From contig JANPJR010000030.1 of assembly GCA_031425615.1 (NCBI GenBank), positions 274,492 to 330,389 of the forward strand: a DNA stretch of 55,898 bases, read 5' to 3'. The notes below the pieces were generated by a model that worked only from the letters and a program-made list of their open reading frames with translations, did not search any database and had not been told where the DNA came from. Positions 20,594 through 30,228 of the stretch are shown here, in pieces. Source of the stretch: Cytophagales bacterium. Lineage in GTDB: Bacteria; Bacteroidota; Bacteroidia; Cytophagales; Microscillaceae. Positions within the stretch are counted from its first letter, which is position 1. Every line of letters starts with the position of its first letter. A program made the position numbers and the translations under genes.

Positions 20594-22696
20594 ATGAAAA
20601 AACACACACTTTTATTAATACTTTTATGCTGCTTTTTTGCCCCAAAAGCAAAAGCTGATGAAGGTATGTGGCTCTTGCAACTGTTGTCGCAAATGAACTA
20701 TGGTGACATGAAAAACAAAGGGCTTAAACTTTCCGCAGAGCAAATTTACAGCATCAATAAAGCCTCTTTGAAAGATGCAGTTGTGTCTTTTGGCGGTTTT
20801 TGCACAGGCGAAATCATCTCCAAAGAAGGTTTGGTACTTACCAATCACCATTGCGGTTTTGGACAGATTCAATCGCACAGTACTGTAGAAAAAAACTACC
20901 TTGTAAATGGTTTTTGGGCAATGAAAAAAGAAGAGGAACTCCCAAATGAAGGACTTTTTGTTACATTTATTGTACGTGTGGAAGATGTAACTGCTCAAAT
21001 CATGAAAGATATGCCCAACAACGCCACCGAAAAAGAACGCCAAGCACATATCAGAGAAAAAATAAAAGAAGTAGGCAAAAACGCAACCGAAGGTACACAT
21101 TATGAAACCGTTATTCGCCCATTTTTTTATGGTAATGAGTATTATATGTTTGTAACCGAAACCCACAAAGATGTGCGTCTTGTAGGCACGCCTCCAAATG
21201 CAATTGGTAAATTTGGTGGTGATACCGACAACTGGATGTGGCCTCGCCATACAGGCGATTTTTCGTTGTTTAGGGTTTATACTGCTCCAGATGGCAAGCC
21301 TGCAACTTATAGCAAAAACAATGTACCTTTGAAACCAAAATATTCTTTACCTATTTCTATGAAAGGCATAAAAGAAAATGATTTTACAATGGTGATGGGT
21401 TTTCCAGGTCGCACACAACAATACATTTCTTCGTACCAAGTACAAAGAATTATTGACATTACCAACCCAAAGAAAATTCGTTTGCGTACTAAAAGATTAG
21501 AAATTTTTGATAAATACATGAAATCTTCTGCCAAAATTCATATACAATACGCAGCCAAACAAGCAAGTGTAGCCAATGCGTGGAAAAAATGGATTGGTGA
21601 AAGCAAAGGTTTGAAAAGATTGCAAGCCATCAAAGTAAAAGAAGAACATGAGCAAAAATTTATGACTTGGGCAGGTGCAACGTCTGACCGCAAAATGCAA
21701 TATGGCGAAGTAATGAATAATTTTAAAAATTTATTCAACAGCACCAAAGATATTTTCTTGGCACAAGATTATGTAAATGAAGCAGTTTTTGCCATAGAAT
21801 TATTTGAGTTTGCAATGGATATTGCAAATGCCAAAGAAGATGAAAAAGAAGGACTTGCAAAAGCACATTTTAAGGATTATTACAGCCCATTGGACGAGGA
21901 AGTAATGGCATTTTGCTTAGAAACGTATGCGCAAGATTTGCCAAAAAATCTACACCCTGCATTTTTTGCCAAAATAAAAAACGATTTTCAAGGTGATTAT
22001 CTCAAATTTGCAAGAAATGTAATTCAAAATTCGGTATTGGCTGACGAAAAAAAATACAATGAATTTGTAAAAACAAAAAAACCGCTTTCTGACGATATTG
22101 CAGTGCAATATGCAAGCGAATTGGTGGATATTTACCGCAAAAACGTAAAACCTCAAATGGATAAATTTAACCAAGAACTTGACATCAACCAACGTGCCTA
22201 CGTAAAAGGTATGCGTGAAATGAATGTAAAGCAAAAATTTTATCCTGATGCCAATTCTACCCTTCGCCTTGCATTTGGTGTGGTAAAAGGATATGAACCT
22301 TATGATGGTGGAAGTTATGATTATCAAACATATTTGGAGGGCATTATGGAAAAAGAAGCCACAAAAGATGTGTATGAAGACTATGCAATTCCTGCTAAAT
22401 TACGTGCATTGTTTTTGGCAAAAGATTATGGACAATATGCAGAAAAAGGCAAATTACCTATTTGTTTTACTGCTTCCAATCACACGACAGGCGGAAATTC
22501 TGGTAGCCCTGTACTCAATGCAAAAGGTGAATTGATAGGCATAAATTTTGACCGCACTTGGGAAAGTACCATGAGCGACATCATGTATGATGCCAACAAA
22601 TGCAGAAATGTAGCGGTTGATATTCGTTATGTGTTATTTGTGATTGATAAATATGCTGGGGCAGGACATTTGGTAAAAGAAATGGAATTGAAATAA
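20594..22696 (+). CDS. S46 family dipeptidyl-peptidase (DPP7/DPP11-like)
   Basis: Signal peptide then the canonical S46 N-terminus ADEGMWLLQ, His region LVLTNHHCG, C-terminal GGNSGSPVLNAKGELIGINFD catalytic Ser motif; 700 aa. Confidence 0.9.
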   Translation: MKKHTLLLILLCCFFAPKAKADEGMWLLQLLSQMNYGDMKNKGLKLSAEQIYSINKASLKDAVVSFGGFCTGEIISKEGLVLTNHHCGFGQIQSHSTVEKNYLVNGFWAMKKEEELPNEGLFVTFIVRVEDVTAQIMKDMPNNATEKERQAHIREKIKEVGKNATEGTHYETVIRPFFYGNEYYMFVTETHKDVRLVGTPPNAIGKFGGDTDNWMWPRHTGDFSLFRVYTAPDGKPATYSKNNVPLKPKYSLPISMKGIKENDFTMVMGFPGRTQQYISSYQVQRIIDITNPKKIRLRTKRLEIFDKYMKSSAKIHIQYAAKQASVANAWKKWIGESKGLKRLQAIKVKEEHEQKFMTWAGATSDRKMQYGEVMNNFKNLFNSTKDIFLAQDYVNEAVFAIELFEFAMDIANAKEDEKEGLAKAHFKDYYSPLDEEVMAFCLETYAQDLPKNLHPAFFAKIKNDFQGDYLKFARNVIQNSVLADEKKYNEFVKTKKPLSDDIAVQYASELVDIYRKNVKPQMDKFNQELDINQRAYVKGMREMNVKQKFYPDANSTLRLAFGVVKGYEPYDGGSYDYQTYLEGIMEKEATKDVYEDYAIPAKLRALFLAKDYGQYAEKGKLPICFTASNHTTGGNSGSPVLNAKGELIGINFDRTWESTMSDIMYDANKCRNVAVDIRYVLFVIDKYAGAGHLVKEMELK

Positions 22697-22885
22697 TCCA
22701 AGTTGTATGTTTTCAGTTTTTAAGTTGTTGGTTTTATAGATTTGCTCAAATTTATATTTTTGGACATAAAAAATTGTAAAATATTTTTTTGATTTTTAGG
22801 TGTTGATTTTTAGATAAGCAAAAAAAATGTTTCATTTTTTTGAGAAATGAAACGTTTTTTTTACTTTTAAGGGCTTAGAAAGTTT

Positions 22886-24538
22886 TTACAATTCTTCCGA
22901 AGGTTTTTCCAATTTACCTTCACCTTCTTTCAAAAATTTCTCAAAATCTTCTTCTGAGTTACCACTTTCTTTTTCCATTTCTTTACGTTTTTTACGTTTT
23001 TCTTCTGCTTCTTTTTCTGCTTTTTTGTTTGCCTCTTGTGTTTTTAGGTAGAGGTCATATAGGGCTGGAATAGCGTTGGTTTTGGCATCTTGGAAAGCAA
23101 GCGAAACTTGTGCTTTTATCAAATCTTTGTCTTTTTGTACACCATTTACCGTAAGGGCAAGACCTTTTAGGCTTTTTTCTATAGGCTCAAATGCCCCAGA
23201 TATTTCTTTTGTATTTTTGAGGAGTTGCACAAGGTCAAAATACAATACCATATTTTGGTTTTGGGTTATGCTTGTGATGAGGTTATTTTTGCCAAGTTCT
23301 CCTTTTTCTGCTTTTATTTTTTCCAAAAGTTGTTTGCCATTGATGACATGCAACATATCTTTTTCTATATAGACATAGCTTTCTTCGCTTCCTGTACCTC
23401 TGCCTTGATAGGTATTATCTGCTATTTTTTTGAAAGTTTCGCTTGTACGTTCATTACGCATCATATCATCAAATATTTTACGGTCTTTGATTTTGATGGT
23501 TGTACTAAAAGTTGGTATTTTTCCAGAGAAAATTTTTGAAAAATCTATATTTTCCAACGCAAAAGCTAAATCGCCTGTTACATTTTGTAATACACTAAAA
23601 AGTTCTGTACCTGTATCTTTTTTGAAATTGCGTGCTTCTTTTTCAAAATCTTTGTCTTTTTTGAGTTCTGCAATAATGCCTTCCATATTAAGTGCAGTGC
23701 TTAAAAACACTTTTGGATTTGCAACAGGGTTGTCGTTCAATACACTTTTATCAAGGTTTGTGCGGATGAGGCGGGCATATTTTTCTGATTTCCCTTTCAT
23801 AAAATAGGTAAAAATTTCCATGTTGATAGCACCACTTTCAAAATTGAGGGCAAAATTTGCCCCTATGATGTCGTCTTTTGCTTGATTTTTTACATTATTA
23901 GGCAAAAAATACATAGAAAGTGCGTCAGTTGCATTTTGTGTATTTATCCAAAATTGTATATCGTGTGTATTTTTTTGTGTTTCGGTAAATATAGGATTTT
24001 TTGCCCCAAAACTTTCGCTGACAGAGATTGCACTCCAAGCATTTACATTTTTGAGCAATTCATTTTCACTTTTATCGCCTATTGCTCCCCAAAGGATATT
24101 ATTTTTCCAAGCAAGCAAAAGCGGTTTTTTGTAAATATAGCTTAGGTTTTCTGCTTTTTTTGGTGCAATTTTAAATGCTTTTTGGGCACTTTCCGCCCAT
24201 TTTTTTTCGTCTTTGAGCAAAATGTGCATACCTAAAAAGGCATTTTCAGGCTTTTTGGCATCTGCATTTGTGTAGAAATACATGCGTTGTGTGTCGTCAA
24301 AACTACCATCAAGCAACAAAGGCAGTACTTCTGCAAAACTTTCTGATTCAGGAAAATTTTCTAAGAATTTTTTGTCCTTCAAAATTTTTATCATATCAGT
24401 TGATTTTCCCAAGATTTTTTTCAAATCAACTGTGATAACTGCATTGGCTGTGTTTGGGATTTGGGGCATTTTTCTGCCACCGCAAGACACTAATAAACCC
24501 AAGAAGAGGGCAAAAAGTGAGACTTTGGATAAATTCAT
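22886..24538 (-). CDS. hypothetical lipoprotein (DUF4836-like), C-terminal K/E-rich tail
   Basis: Likely start at the Met of MNLSKVSLFALFLGLLVSCGG (lipobox). The ORF-track start at 24586 runs into the tandem repeat array. About 550 aa, no enzymatic motifs. Confidence 0.55.
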   Translation of the reverse strand: MNLSKVSLFALFLGLLVSCGGRKMPQIPNTANAVITVDLKKILGKSTDMIKILKDKKFLENFPESESFAEVLPLLLDGSFDDTQRMYFYTNADAKKPENAFLGMHILLKDEKKWAESAQKAFKIAPKKAENLSYIYKKPLLLAWKNNILWGAIGDKSENELLKNVNAWSAISVSESFGAKNPIFTETQKNTHDIQFWINTQNATDALSMYFLPNNVKNQAKDDIIGANFALNFESGAINMEIFTYFMKGKSEKYARLIRTNLDKSVLNDNPVANPKVFLSTALNMEGIIAELKKDKDFEKEARNFKKDTGTELFSVLQNVTGDLAFALENIDFSKIFSGKIPTFSTTIKIKDRKIFDDMMRNERTSETFKKIADNTYQGRGTGSEESYVYIEKDMLHVINGKQLLEKIKAEKGELGKNNLITSITQNQNMVLYFDLVQLLKNTKEISGAFEPIEKSLKGLALTVNGVQKDKDLIKAQVSLAFQDAKTNAIPALYDLYLKTQEANKKAEKEAEEKRKKRKEMEKESGNSEEDFEKFLKEGEGKLEKPSEEL

Positions 24539-24680
24539 GTTCAAAAGTTTAAGGGTTTTAAAAGGTTTAATGTTCAAAAGATTCAAGGTTCAAAGGGTTC
24601 AAGGTTCAAAAGGTTTAAGGTTCAAAGGTTTTAAGGTTTAAGGGTTCAAGGTTCAAAAGGTTTAAGGGACAAAGTTTTTA
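24538..24680. repeat. largest GTTCAAAGG / GGTTTAAGG tandem array (about 14 units, roughly 9-10 bp period)
   Basis: ...ggttcaaagggttcaaggttcaaaaggtttaaggttcaaaggttttaaggtttaagggttcaaggttcaaaaggtttaagg..., seen directly in the sequence. Confidence 0.8.
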
Positions 24681-24769
24681 AAAAATTAAAAAAGGTTTAG
24701 ACGCATATTTTTTCTTTATTGTTTTAGACCTAATTTATTGAATCTTAAACTTTGAATTTCAAACTTTTT

Positions 24770-25774
24770 TTAATCTTCATCATCAACTTCATAGCCTATA
24801 AAATTCATATCAATTTTTGCACTTTCGCTAAGGTCTTGTGCTTCTTTGACAATATCAGTATCATCTTCGGGATAAAACCAATTTACTTCTACTTTTCCAC
24901 CACGTATTTCATACGCTTTTAGGCTACGAAGTGTGTCTAAAATGGCTTTGTAAGAGCTTGTATTAAAATAGGTAAGGCGAAAATTGAATGTAATTTTATT
25001 GTTGGATTCTTTGGTATATTTGTCAATCCAGCTAATAATTTTGGAGTAAAACTCGTTGGTGTATTCCAAATAGGATTCACCAGCCAGCTCACATACCCCT
25101 GTATCACCATTGAGCATTACATAAGGGGTATAAAATTCGCCTTTGTTACTTTTGATGTGTAATGTTTCCATTTGTTGCGTAGATTTTTTTTGGGTGGAAT
25201 TTTTTGAAACAGTAATTAAAAGGGTATAATATGTATATAAGTCATTTATAGGTTGCAAATCTACATGAATAGGATTTTCGGACACAAGGGTAGCTTTGAT
25301 AAGTCCTACGCCTGCTCCTTTGCTATCAGGGTTGTTTGGATTGTCATTTTCTACAATTTCCATGCGGTATTTTCTAAGCCCGTCAGTATCAAGCGTTTGG
25401 ATTTTTTTTGCTTGTTTATCAATAAATTCAGCTTGTTTGTGGGTGATGAGATTACCAGTAAAAAGGTGATAACTTGTTTCCCCTTCCGAAAGCACAATCG
25501 TACCAACAGGTGTAGCTTCGCCAAATTGGTTAATTTCTGCGGAATAATAAAAAATATTTTGGGCTAATTCCAAAAAAATATTGTGTAATTTTCTGCCTGC
25601 ACTTCTATTATTTACTTTATGAACGATTTCGTTGTCCATTTCTGCAATAATTTTGGTGGTGATAGAACCTCTGTAAGACAATATGACGTTTTCGTTGGGT
25701 AAATCCGCATAATATGCCAATGTACCAAGCTGTTCGAGCATATCTAATTTCATAATTGAGACAGTTTTTTCCAT
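24770..25774 (-). CDS. fusion protein: SiaB-like kinase-like domain (N) plus DUF1987/SiaC-like domain (C)
   Basis: Residues 1-190 (...NIFLELAQNIFYYSAE...SKGAGVGLIKATL) align with the 14323-14892 product. After the linker KNSTQKKSTQQMETL, residues about 205-334 (EFYTPYVMLNGDTGVCELAGESYLEYTNEFYSKIISWIDKY...ITFNFRLTYFNTSSYKAILDTL...VEVNWFYPEDDTD) align with the two DUF1987 proteins. Single continuous ORF. Confidence 0.75.
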   Translation of the reverse strand: MEKTVSIMKLDMLEQLGTLAYYADLPNENVILSYRGSITTKIIAEMDNEIVHKVNNRSAGRKLHNIFLELAQNIFYYSAEINQFGEATPVGTIVLSEGETSYHLFTGNLITHKQAEFIDKQAKKIQTLDTDGLRKYRMEIVENDNPNNPDSKGAGVGLIKATLVSENPIHVDLQPINDLYTYYTLLITVSKNSTQKKSTQQMETLHIKSNKGEFYTPYVMLNGDTGVCELAGESYLEYTNEFYSKIISWIDKYTKESNNKITFNFRLTYFNTSSYKAILDTLRSLKAYEIRGGKVEVNWFYPEDDTDIVKEAQDLSESAKIDMNFIGYEVDDED

Positions 25775-25838
25775 ATTTTATAAGTGTTTTTTAGGAAAAG
25801 TTTTTTTTCTTAAAGAAATTTTTAACTTTTAAAATTCA

Positions 25839-26093
25839 TTAAAAATTCAATTTCTCTACATTTCTTTTTTTTATCCATTCCAAATACACTTGTAATTCTT
25901 CTGCATTTTTGAGTGTTTGGAGGTCAGTATATTGTTTTGCGAGTGTTTTGTTGTCTATGTGGTGGTGTATGCTGCTATGACAAGGCTGGCACAGGGCTAC
26001 AGTTTTGGTGTGTTTTCCGCCTTTTGATTTTGGCAAAAGGTGGTGTTTAGAGGTGCGTTTTACCTCTCTTTCGCATAATTCGCAGATAGGCAT
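25839..26093 (-). CDS. small HNH endonuclease-motif protein
   Basis: 84 aa. CELC...HHLLPKSKGG...ALCQPCHSSIHH is an HNH/zinc-ribbon pattern. Confidence 0.65.
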   Translation of the reverse strand: MPICELCEREVKRTSKHHLLPKSKGGKHTKTVALCQPCHSSIHHHIDNKTLAKQYTDLQTLKNAEELQVYLEWIKKRNVEKLNF

Positions 26094-26308
26094 AAAGAAT
26101 TAGAAATTAAGAATTATTGTTGAGCTTAATTTAAAAATACATTTTAGATAATGATTTATGTGTTTTAAATATTTAATGTAAGTTTTTTCAAGCATTATTT
26201 TCAAGTATCATTCTAAAATTTGAAAAAATTTAAGATTATAAACCTTTTTTTTAAAATTATTCACAATTCCTATCCTAATTCCTAATTCCCAATTAAATTT
26301 GTTCCTAA

Positions 26309-26338
26309 TTAAAATCCCCCTTTGGAATTTAGGGGCTT
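26309..26338 (-). terminator. hairpin terminator element
   Basis: aaatcccccctttggaatttaggggctttt immediately 3' of the membrane-protein stop. Confidence 0.35.
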
Positions 26339-27766
26339 TTATTCATGGCTATCAAACACCACATTACCCAAACTTCTGCCATCATCACGTTTTTGGCGAA
26401 GAAGTATTGCTTCACGTTTTTCTTCTTGCAAATTAATAAAGTTGTAAATTAGCTTTCCTTTTTCAGTGGTTTCTATTTCTCCGTCCAAATCCTTAATAAG
26501 TTCTTGCATCATGTAATCAATCGTTTCTCTTGGTATGTTTGATTCACCACTTTCACGTGGATTGACAAGTTTTTCCAATTCTTCTGCGGTTACTTTGCCT
26601 TCTTCTTGCGAAAATATGGCTTTCATCAACCTTTTTCGGATATTTTCTAAATCTCTTTTGCGTGAAAATGCCCCAATTTGAAAATATCGCATGATAGGCA
26701 CAAGGAAAAATATCACTGAAAACACAAAAGGCACCCAACCCAACCCAACCGTAATGCCTGCTCCCATGTCTTGTTGCAAGCCCATAGATACAAAAGCAAG
26801 TGCAAAAGAAAGGTTAAACAAACCCATGAACACAATCCAAAAGTTACGCCAAAAAGTATTGCCTGTTAAGTTGTATTTTGGCACATATTCGTCCCAATAC
26901 CAAATTACTTTTTCTTTACCCTCTACACCTTTTGTACGTGTAAAATCTCTAAAATCGCCATACAATACTTTATTTTCGCTGATTTGGGCATCACCTTGAT
27001 ATTTGGCAATACTTTCCGAAAAAAAATTTTCTGCTTCTGCACTTCTCCAACCTGCCAAACCTATGATTTCACTTCGTGTAACAATGCCTTTATTATCTCT
27101 CAAATATTGTGCAAGTTCTCGGTGTTGGTCTTGTCGTGTGGTTTCAACTCTTTCAGGCCCAAAAACAAAATCATATACAGAGGCTACAAAGTCTTTCCCT
27201 CCTTTTTTATCCAATGCAGAAGTACGTGAATCATATTCTCGGTAACGATAACCGTCATTATCATACACATAGTGCGTATTGCTTGTGTGTGTATTCCAAA
27301 TAAAAATTCCCCTGAACAATTCACCTAAAATATTGAAAAAACCACCATCACTATCCGAAGAACTACTTGAATCGCTATCGCTGTTCCCTGAAAGAGAAGC
27401 AATAATTATCGCAATCAAAATTATTAGAAATATCACAAAATATACGACCAATGTAACCGAAATCCATATTTTAAAAAAAACCATAAAGGCTTTCCACAAT
27501 ACTTGTTTTGCCCCAAACCACCATTCTTCCCACGTTCTTTCACCTCTTTTGTGGAGAACTTCGCCAAAATCATAGATTAAATCACCATTTTCGGTAATTT
27601 TGAGGCGACAATCATACAACGACAGAAGCCTTGTCAATATATCTTTTGCGTCATTGACTGAAGTACCTGCTATGGATGCTGCGTCACCAATCGTAAGCAC
27701 TCTATCACGCCCTTGTATGCGTGTTTCTATTTTTTTTAGCCCTTCTAAAACTGCTACATTGCTCAT
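26339..27766 (-). CDS. hypothetical membrane protein with an internally duplicated soluble domain
   Basis: 475 aa. N-terminal ...LYDCRLKITENGDLIYDFG and C-terminal ...DLDGEIETTEKGKLIYNFI are clearly related repeats. Two hydrophobic blocks are separated by a Ser/Asp-rich linker. Confidence 0.45.
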   Translation of the reverse strand: MSNVAVLEGLKKIETRIQGRDRVLTIGDAASIAGTSVNDAKDILTRLLSLYDCRLKITENGDLIYDFGEVLHKRGERTWEEWWFGAKQVLWKAFMVFFKIWISVTLVVYFVIFLIILIAIIIASLSGNSDSDSSSSSDSDGGFFNILGELFRGIFIWNTHTSNTHYVYDNDGYRYREYDSRTSALDKKGGKDFVASVYDFVFGPERVETTRQDQHRELAQYLRDNKGIVTRSEIIGLAGWRSAEAENFFSESIAKYQGDAQISENKVLYGDFRDFTRTKGVEGKEKVIWYWDEYVPKYNLTGNTFWRNFWIVFMGLFNLSFALAFVSMGLQQDMGAGITVGLGWVPFVFSVIFFLVPIMRYFQIGAFSRKRDLENIRKRLMKAIFSQEEGKVTAEELEKLVNPRESGESNIPRETIDYMMQELIKDLDGEIETTEKGKLIYNFINLQEEKREAILLRQKRDDGRSLGNVVFDSHE

Positions 27767-27934
27767 GGTTTTGTATTTTTTTTAATATTTTTGAAATGTA
27801 ATTTTTGTGAAAGAAGTTTTAATATTTTGTGGATTTTTATTTTTGGTAAATGTATGATATTTTTTTTATTTTTTTATAAAAAATTTTTCTTTGGAAAATA
27901 AATAAAATAAGAAACAACAAGTGAAAAATTATTC

Positions 27935-29170
27935 CTAATTCTTAATTACTTTTACCACTTTCCCTTTCAATGCTTTCCCAAAAAAAGGTGAATTTTCCGA
28001 TTGCGATTGTCTTTGGTTATGTTCATATATCCAAGTTTCATCAGGTATAAAACACGTAATATTTGCTTTTTCGCCAACTGCGATTTTGGGTATTGGTAGG
28101 CGTAATAATTGGCGTGGGTTATAGGCAATTTTTTCCAAAAGCTGTGTAATAGATAAACCTGAATACATATTTGCCACTGAAAACGAAGTTTCCAAACCAA
28201 TAATTCCAAAAGGTGCAAGGTCATACTCCACTTGTTTTTGTTCCAAACTATGTGGTTGATGATCAGATACGATTACATCTATTGTACCATCAGCGAGTCC
28301 ATTTTGAAGTGCCAAAATATCAGATTTTTCTCTAAAAGGTGGATTTACTTTGTGGTATGTATCAAAATCTGCCAATATTTCATCTGTGAAAGCCAATTGA
28401 TGGCTACATATATCACACGACACGTGCAACCCTTGTTTTTTGGCTTCACGAATCAACAAAACAGATTTTTCGCAAGAAATCAATGAAAAATGCAATCTTC
28501 CGCCTGCATATTTTAATATTTCTAAATCCCTTTGTACCATGATTTCCTCTGCAATACGAGGCATACCTTTGAAACCCAATTTTGTAGCCATGATACCCTC
28601 GTGCATTTGTCCAAAAGCATTCAAAAAACTATCTTCTGGACGTTGTATCACCAATCCATCAAAATATTGGGTATATTGCAATGATTTGAGCAAAATATCT
28701 GTGTGCCAAATCGCATGTTCGCCATCACTAAACGCTACTGCTCCTGCATGGTGTAGGTCTATCATGTCGCTAAGTTCTTTGCCTTTGTTGTCAAGTGTAA
28801 GACTTGCAATTGCATGAAGTTGTGTTTGCTGGCTTTGTTGAGTGATTGCCTTAACCAAATGTCGGTGTTGCGTAGGCGGTGTAAGCGTGGGTAATAAACA
28901 AACTTCGGTAAAACCGCCCGCTTGTGCAGAAAGTTGTCCTGTATAAAAATCTTCTGCCAAATCTCTGAAATTTGACCGCATGTCTATCCAACCAATAGAT
29001 ACACAAAGGTTTTCATAAGCCACAACCTCACAATCTGCATTTATGTCAATGTGTTGTGAAGCAGGCACAAGTTGTGCAACAATGCCATTTTTGATGTGTA
29101 GATTTACACGTTGAAGATACAAAGGACTTGACTTGTCCAATAATTGTATGTTTTTAAACAAATATTCCAT
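27935..29170 (-). CDS. pyrC: dihydroorotase-like cyclic amidohydrolase
   Basis: 411 aa. Metal-binding region ...VIVSDHQPHSLEQK..., ...ILKYAGGRLHFSLIS..., overall dihydroorotase/allantoinase-family layout. Confidence 0.65.
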   Translation of the reverse strand: MEYLFKNIQLLDKSSPLYLQRVNLHIKNGIVAQLVPASQHIDINADCEVVAYENLCVSIGWIDMRSNFRDLAEDFYTGQLSAQAGGFTEVCLLPTLTPPTQHRHLVKAITQQSQQTQLHAIASLTLDNKGKELSDMIDLHHAGAVAFSDGEHAIWHTDILLKSLQYTQYFDGLVIQRPEDSFLNAFGQMHEGIMATKLGFKGMPRIAEEIMVQRDLEILKYAGGRLHFSLISCEKSVLLIREAKKQGLHVSCDICSHQLAFTDEILADFDTYHKVNPPFREKSDILALQNGLADGTIDVIVSDHQPHSLEQKQVEYDLAPFGIIGLETSFSVANMYSGLSITQLLEKIAYNPRQLLRLPIPKIAVGEKANITCFIPDETWIYEHNQRQSQSENSPFFGKALKGKVVKVIKN

Positions 29171-29472
29171 TTAAAAGCCAAAAATGCAGTTTTTTTTTCT
29201 AAAATAAAAGCAAAGAAAGAGATTATTTTTTTAAATTTTTTTTTTAAATTTTTGTTATCTTTGCGAGATAGTTGTTTTTTGGCTAAAAAGCCCATTAACC
29301 CCAAAAGGAAACAAACTATAAATCCCCTAAATGTTGGCTTCCAAACCCACATTTCTGTACGATACAAGAACTTGCCCCAAACACATAAGTACGGGCTTGA
29401 AACTCGCACCATGACCTAAAACAAACTAAAAAACCACCAACTTAAAACTGACAACTTAAAAACCTTACAACA

Positions 29473-30081
29473 TTGAGCATATTAGTATTAGACAATTACG
29501 ATTCTTTTGTATATAATTTGGTTGAGTATTTGCGAGATTTGGGCGAATCGCCCCAAGTATTTCGCAATGATAAAATTGATTTGGCACAAGTTGCCCAATT
29601 TGATAAAATATTGCTTTCGCCAGGCCCAAGTTTGCCCCAAGAAGCAGGTATTATGCCCCAATTATTGAAAAATTATTACAAAGAAAAAAATATTTTGGGC
29701 GTGTGTTTAGGGCATCAAGCCATAGGCGAATGTTTTGGGGGAAAATTACACAATTTGCCTGATGTATTGCATGGCATACAATCAGAAATTACTTTTTTGG
29801 AAGAAAGTTTTATAGAAAACCTTAGTAATTTTTTGAATATTAATGATGTTAACCTTTTTAAAAATATTCCAAAAAAAATTAAAGTTGCACATTATCATTC
29901 GTGGGTTATTGATGAAAAAGATTTCCCTAAAAATGAGCTAAAAATCCTTGCAAAAGATAGCAACAACCACATCATGGCAATACAACACCACACATACAAA
30001 GTATTTGGCGTACAATTTCACCCTGAATCTGTACTAACAGAATATGGAAAAGAAATGCTGAAAAATTGGGTGGAAATGTAG
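29473..30081 (+). CDS. pabA: class-I glutamine amidotransferase, anthranilate/aminodeoxychorismate synthase component II
   Basis: MSILVLDNYDSFVYNLVEYL...ILGVCLGHQAIGE (catalytic Cys)...HYHSW...QFHPES (His/Glu). Confidence 0.85.
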   Translation: MSILVLDNYDSFVYNLVEYLRDLGESPQVFRNDKIDLAQVAQFDKILLSPGPSLPQEAGIMPQLLKNYYKEKNILGVCLGHQAIGECFGGKLHNLPDVLHGIQSEITFLEESFIENLSNFLNINDVNLFKNIPKKIKVAHYHSWVIDEKDFPKNELKILAKDSNNHIMAIQHHTYKVFGVQFHPESVLTEYGKEMLKNWVEM

Positions 30082-30154
30082 TTTTTTTAGTTTGTCAGTA
30101 ATATGTTTTTCCATTAACAAGTTTTACTTTTTTTATAAATTGAAAAAAGCCACC

Positions 30155-30200
30155 CAACATACCCCCAAAACCCAAAGGGGGAGCAGTCCCAAGTGGGAAT
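30155..30200 (+). terminator. CCCC-AAA-GGGG hairpin terminator
   Basis: acccccaaaacccaaagggggagcagtcccaagtgggaat, 3' of pabA. Confidence 0.4.
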
Positions 30201-30228
30201 AAAAAACCTTTGACTACAAAATTAACAA

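Noticed and set aside
20624-21250. 208-aa minus-strand ORF
   Set aside because: It is antisense to the S46 peptidase gene, which has canonical family motifs.
24538-24680. Possible CRISPR array suggested by regular short repeats
   Set aside because: Units are only 8-10 bp, degenerate, and have no unique spacers between them. No cas genes are present. These are simple tandem repeats.
29104-29412. 102-aa minus-strand ORF upstream of pabA
   Set aside because: It overlaps the dihydroorotase-like gene start and runs through a poly-A/T region. The product has no features. The region is treated as a possible non-coding leader instead.
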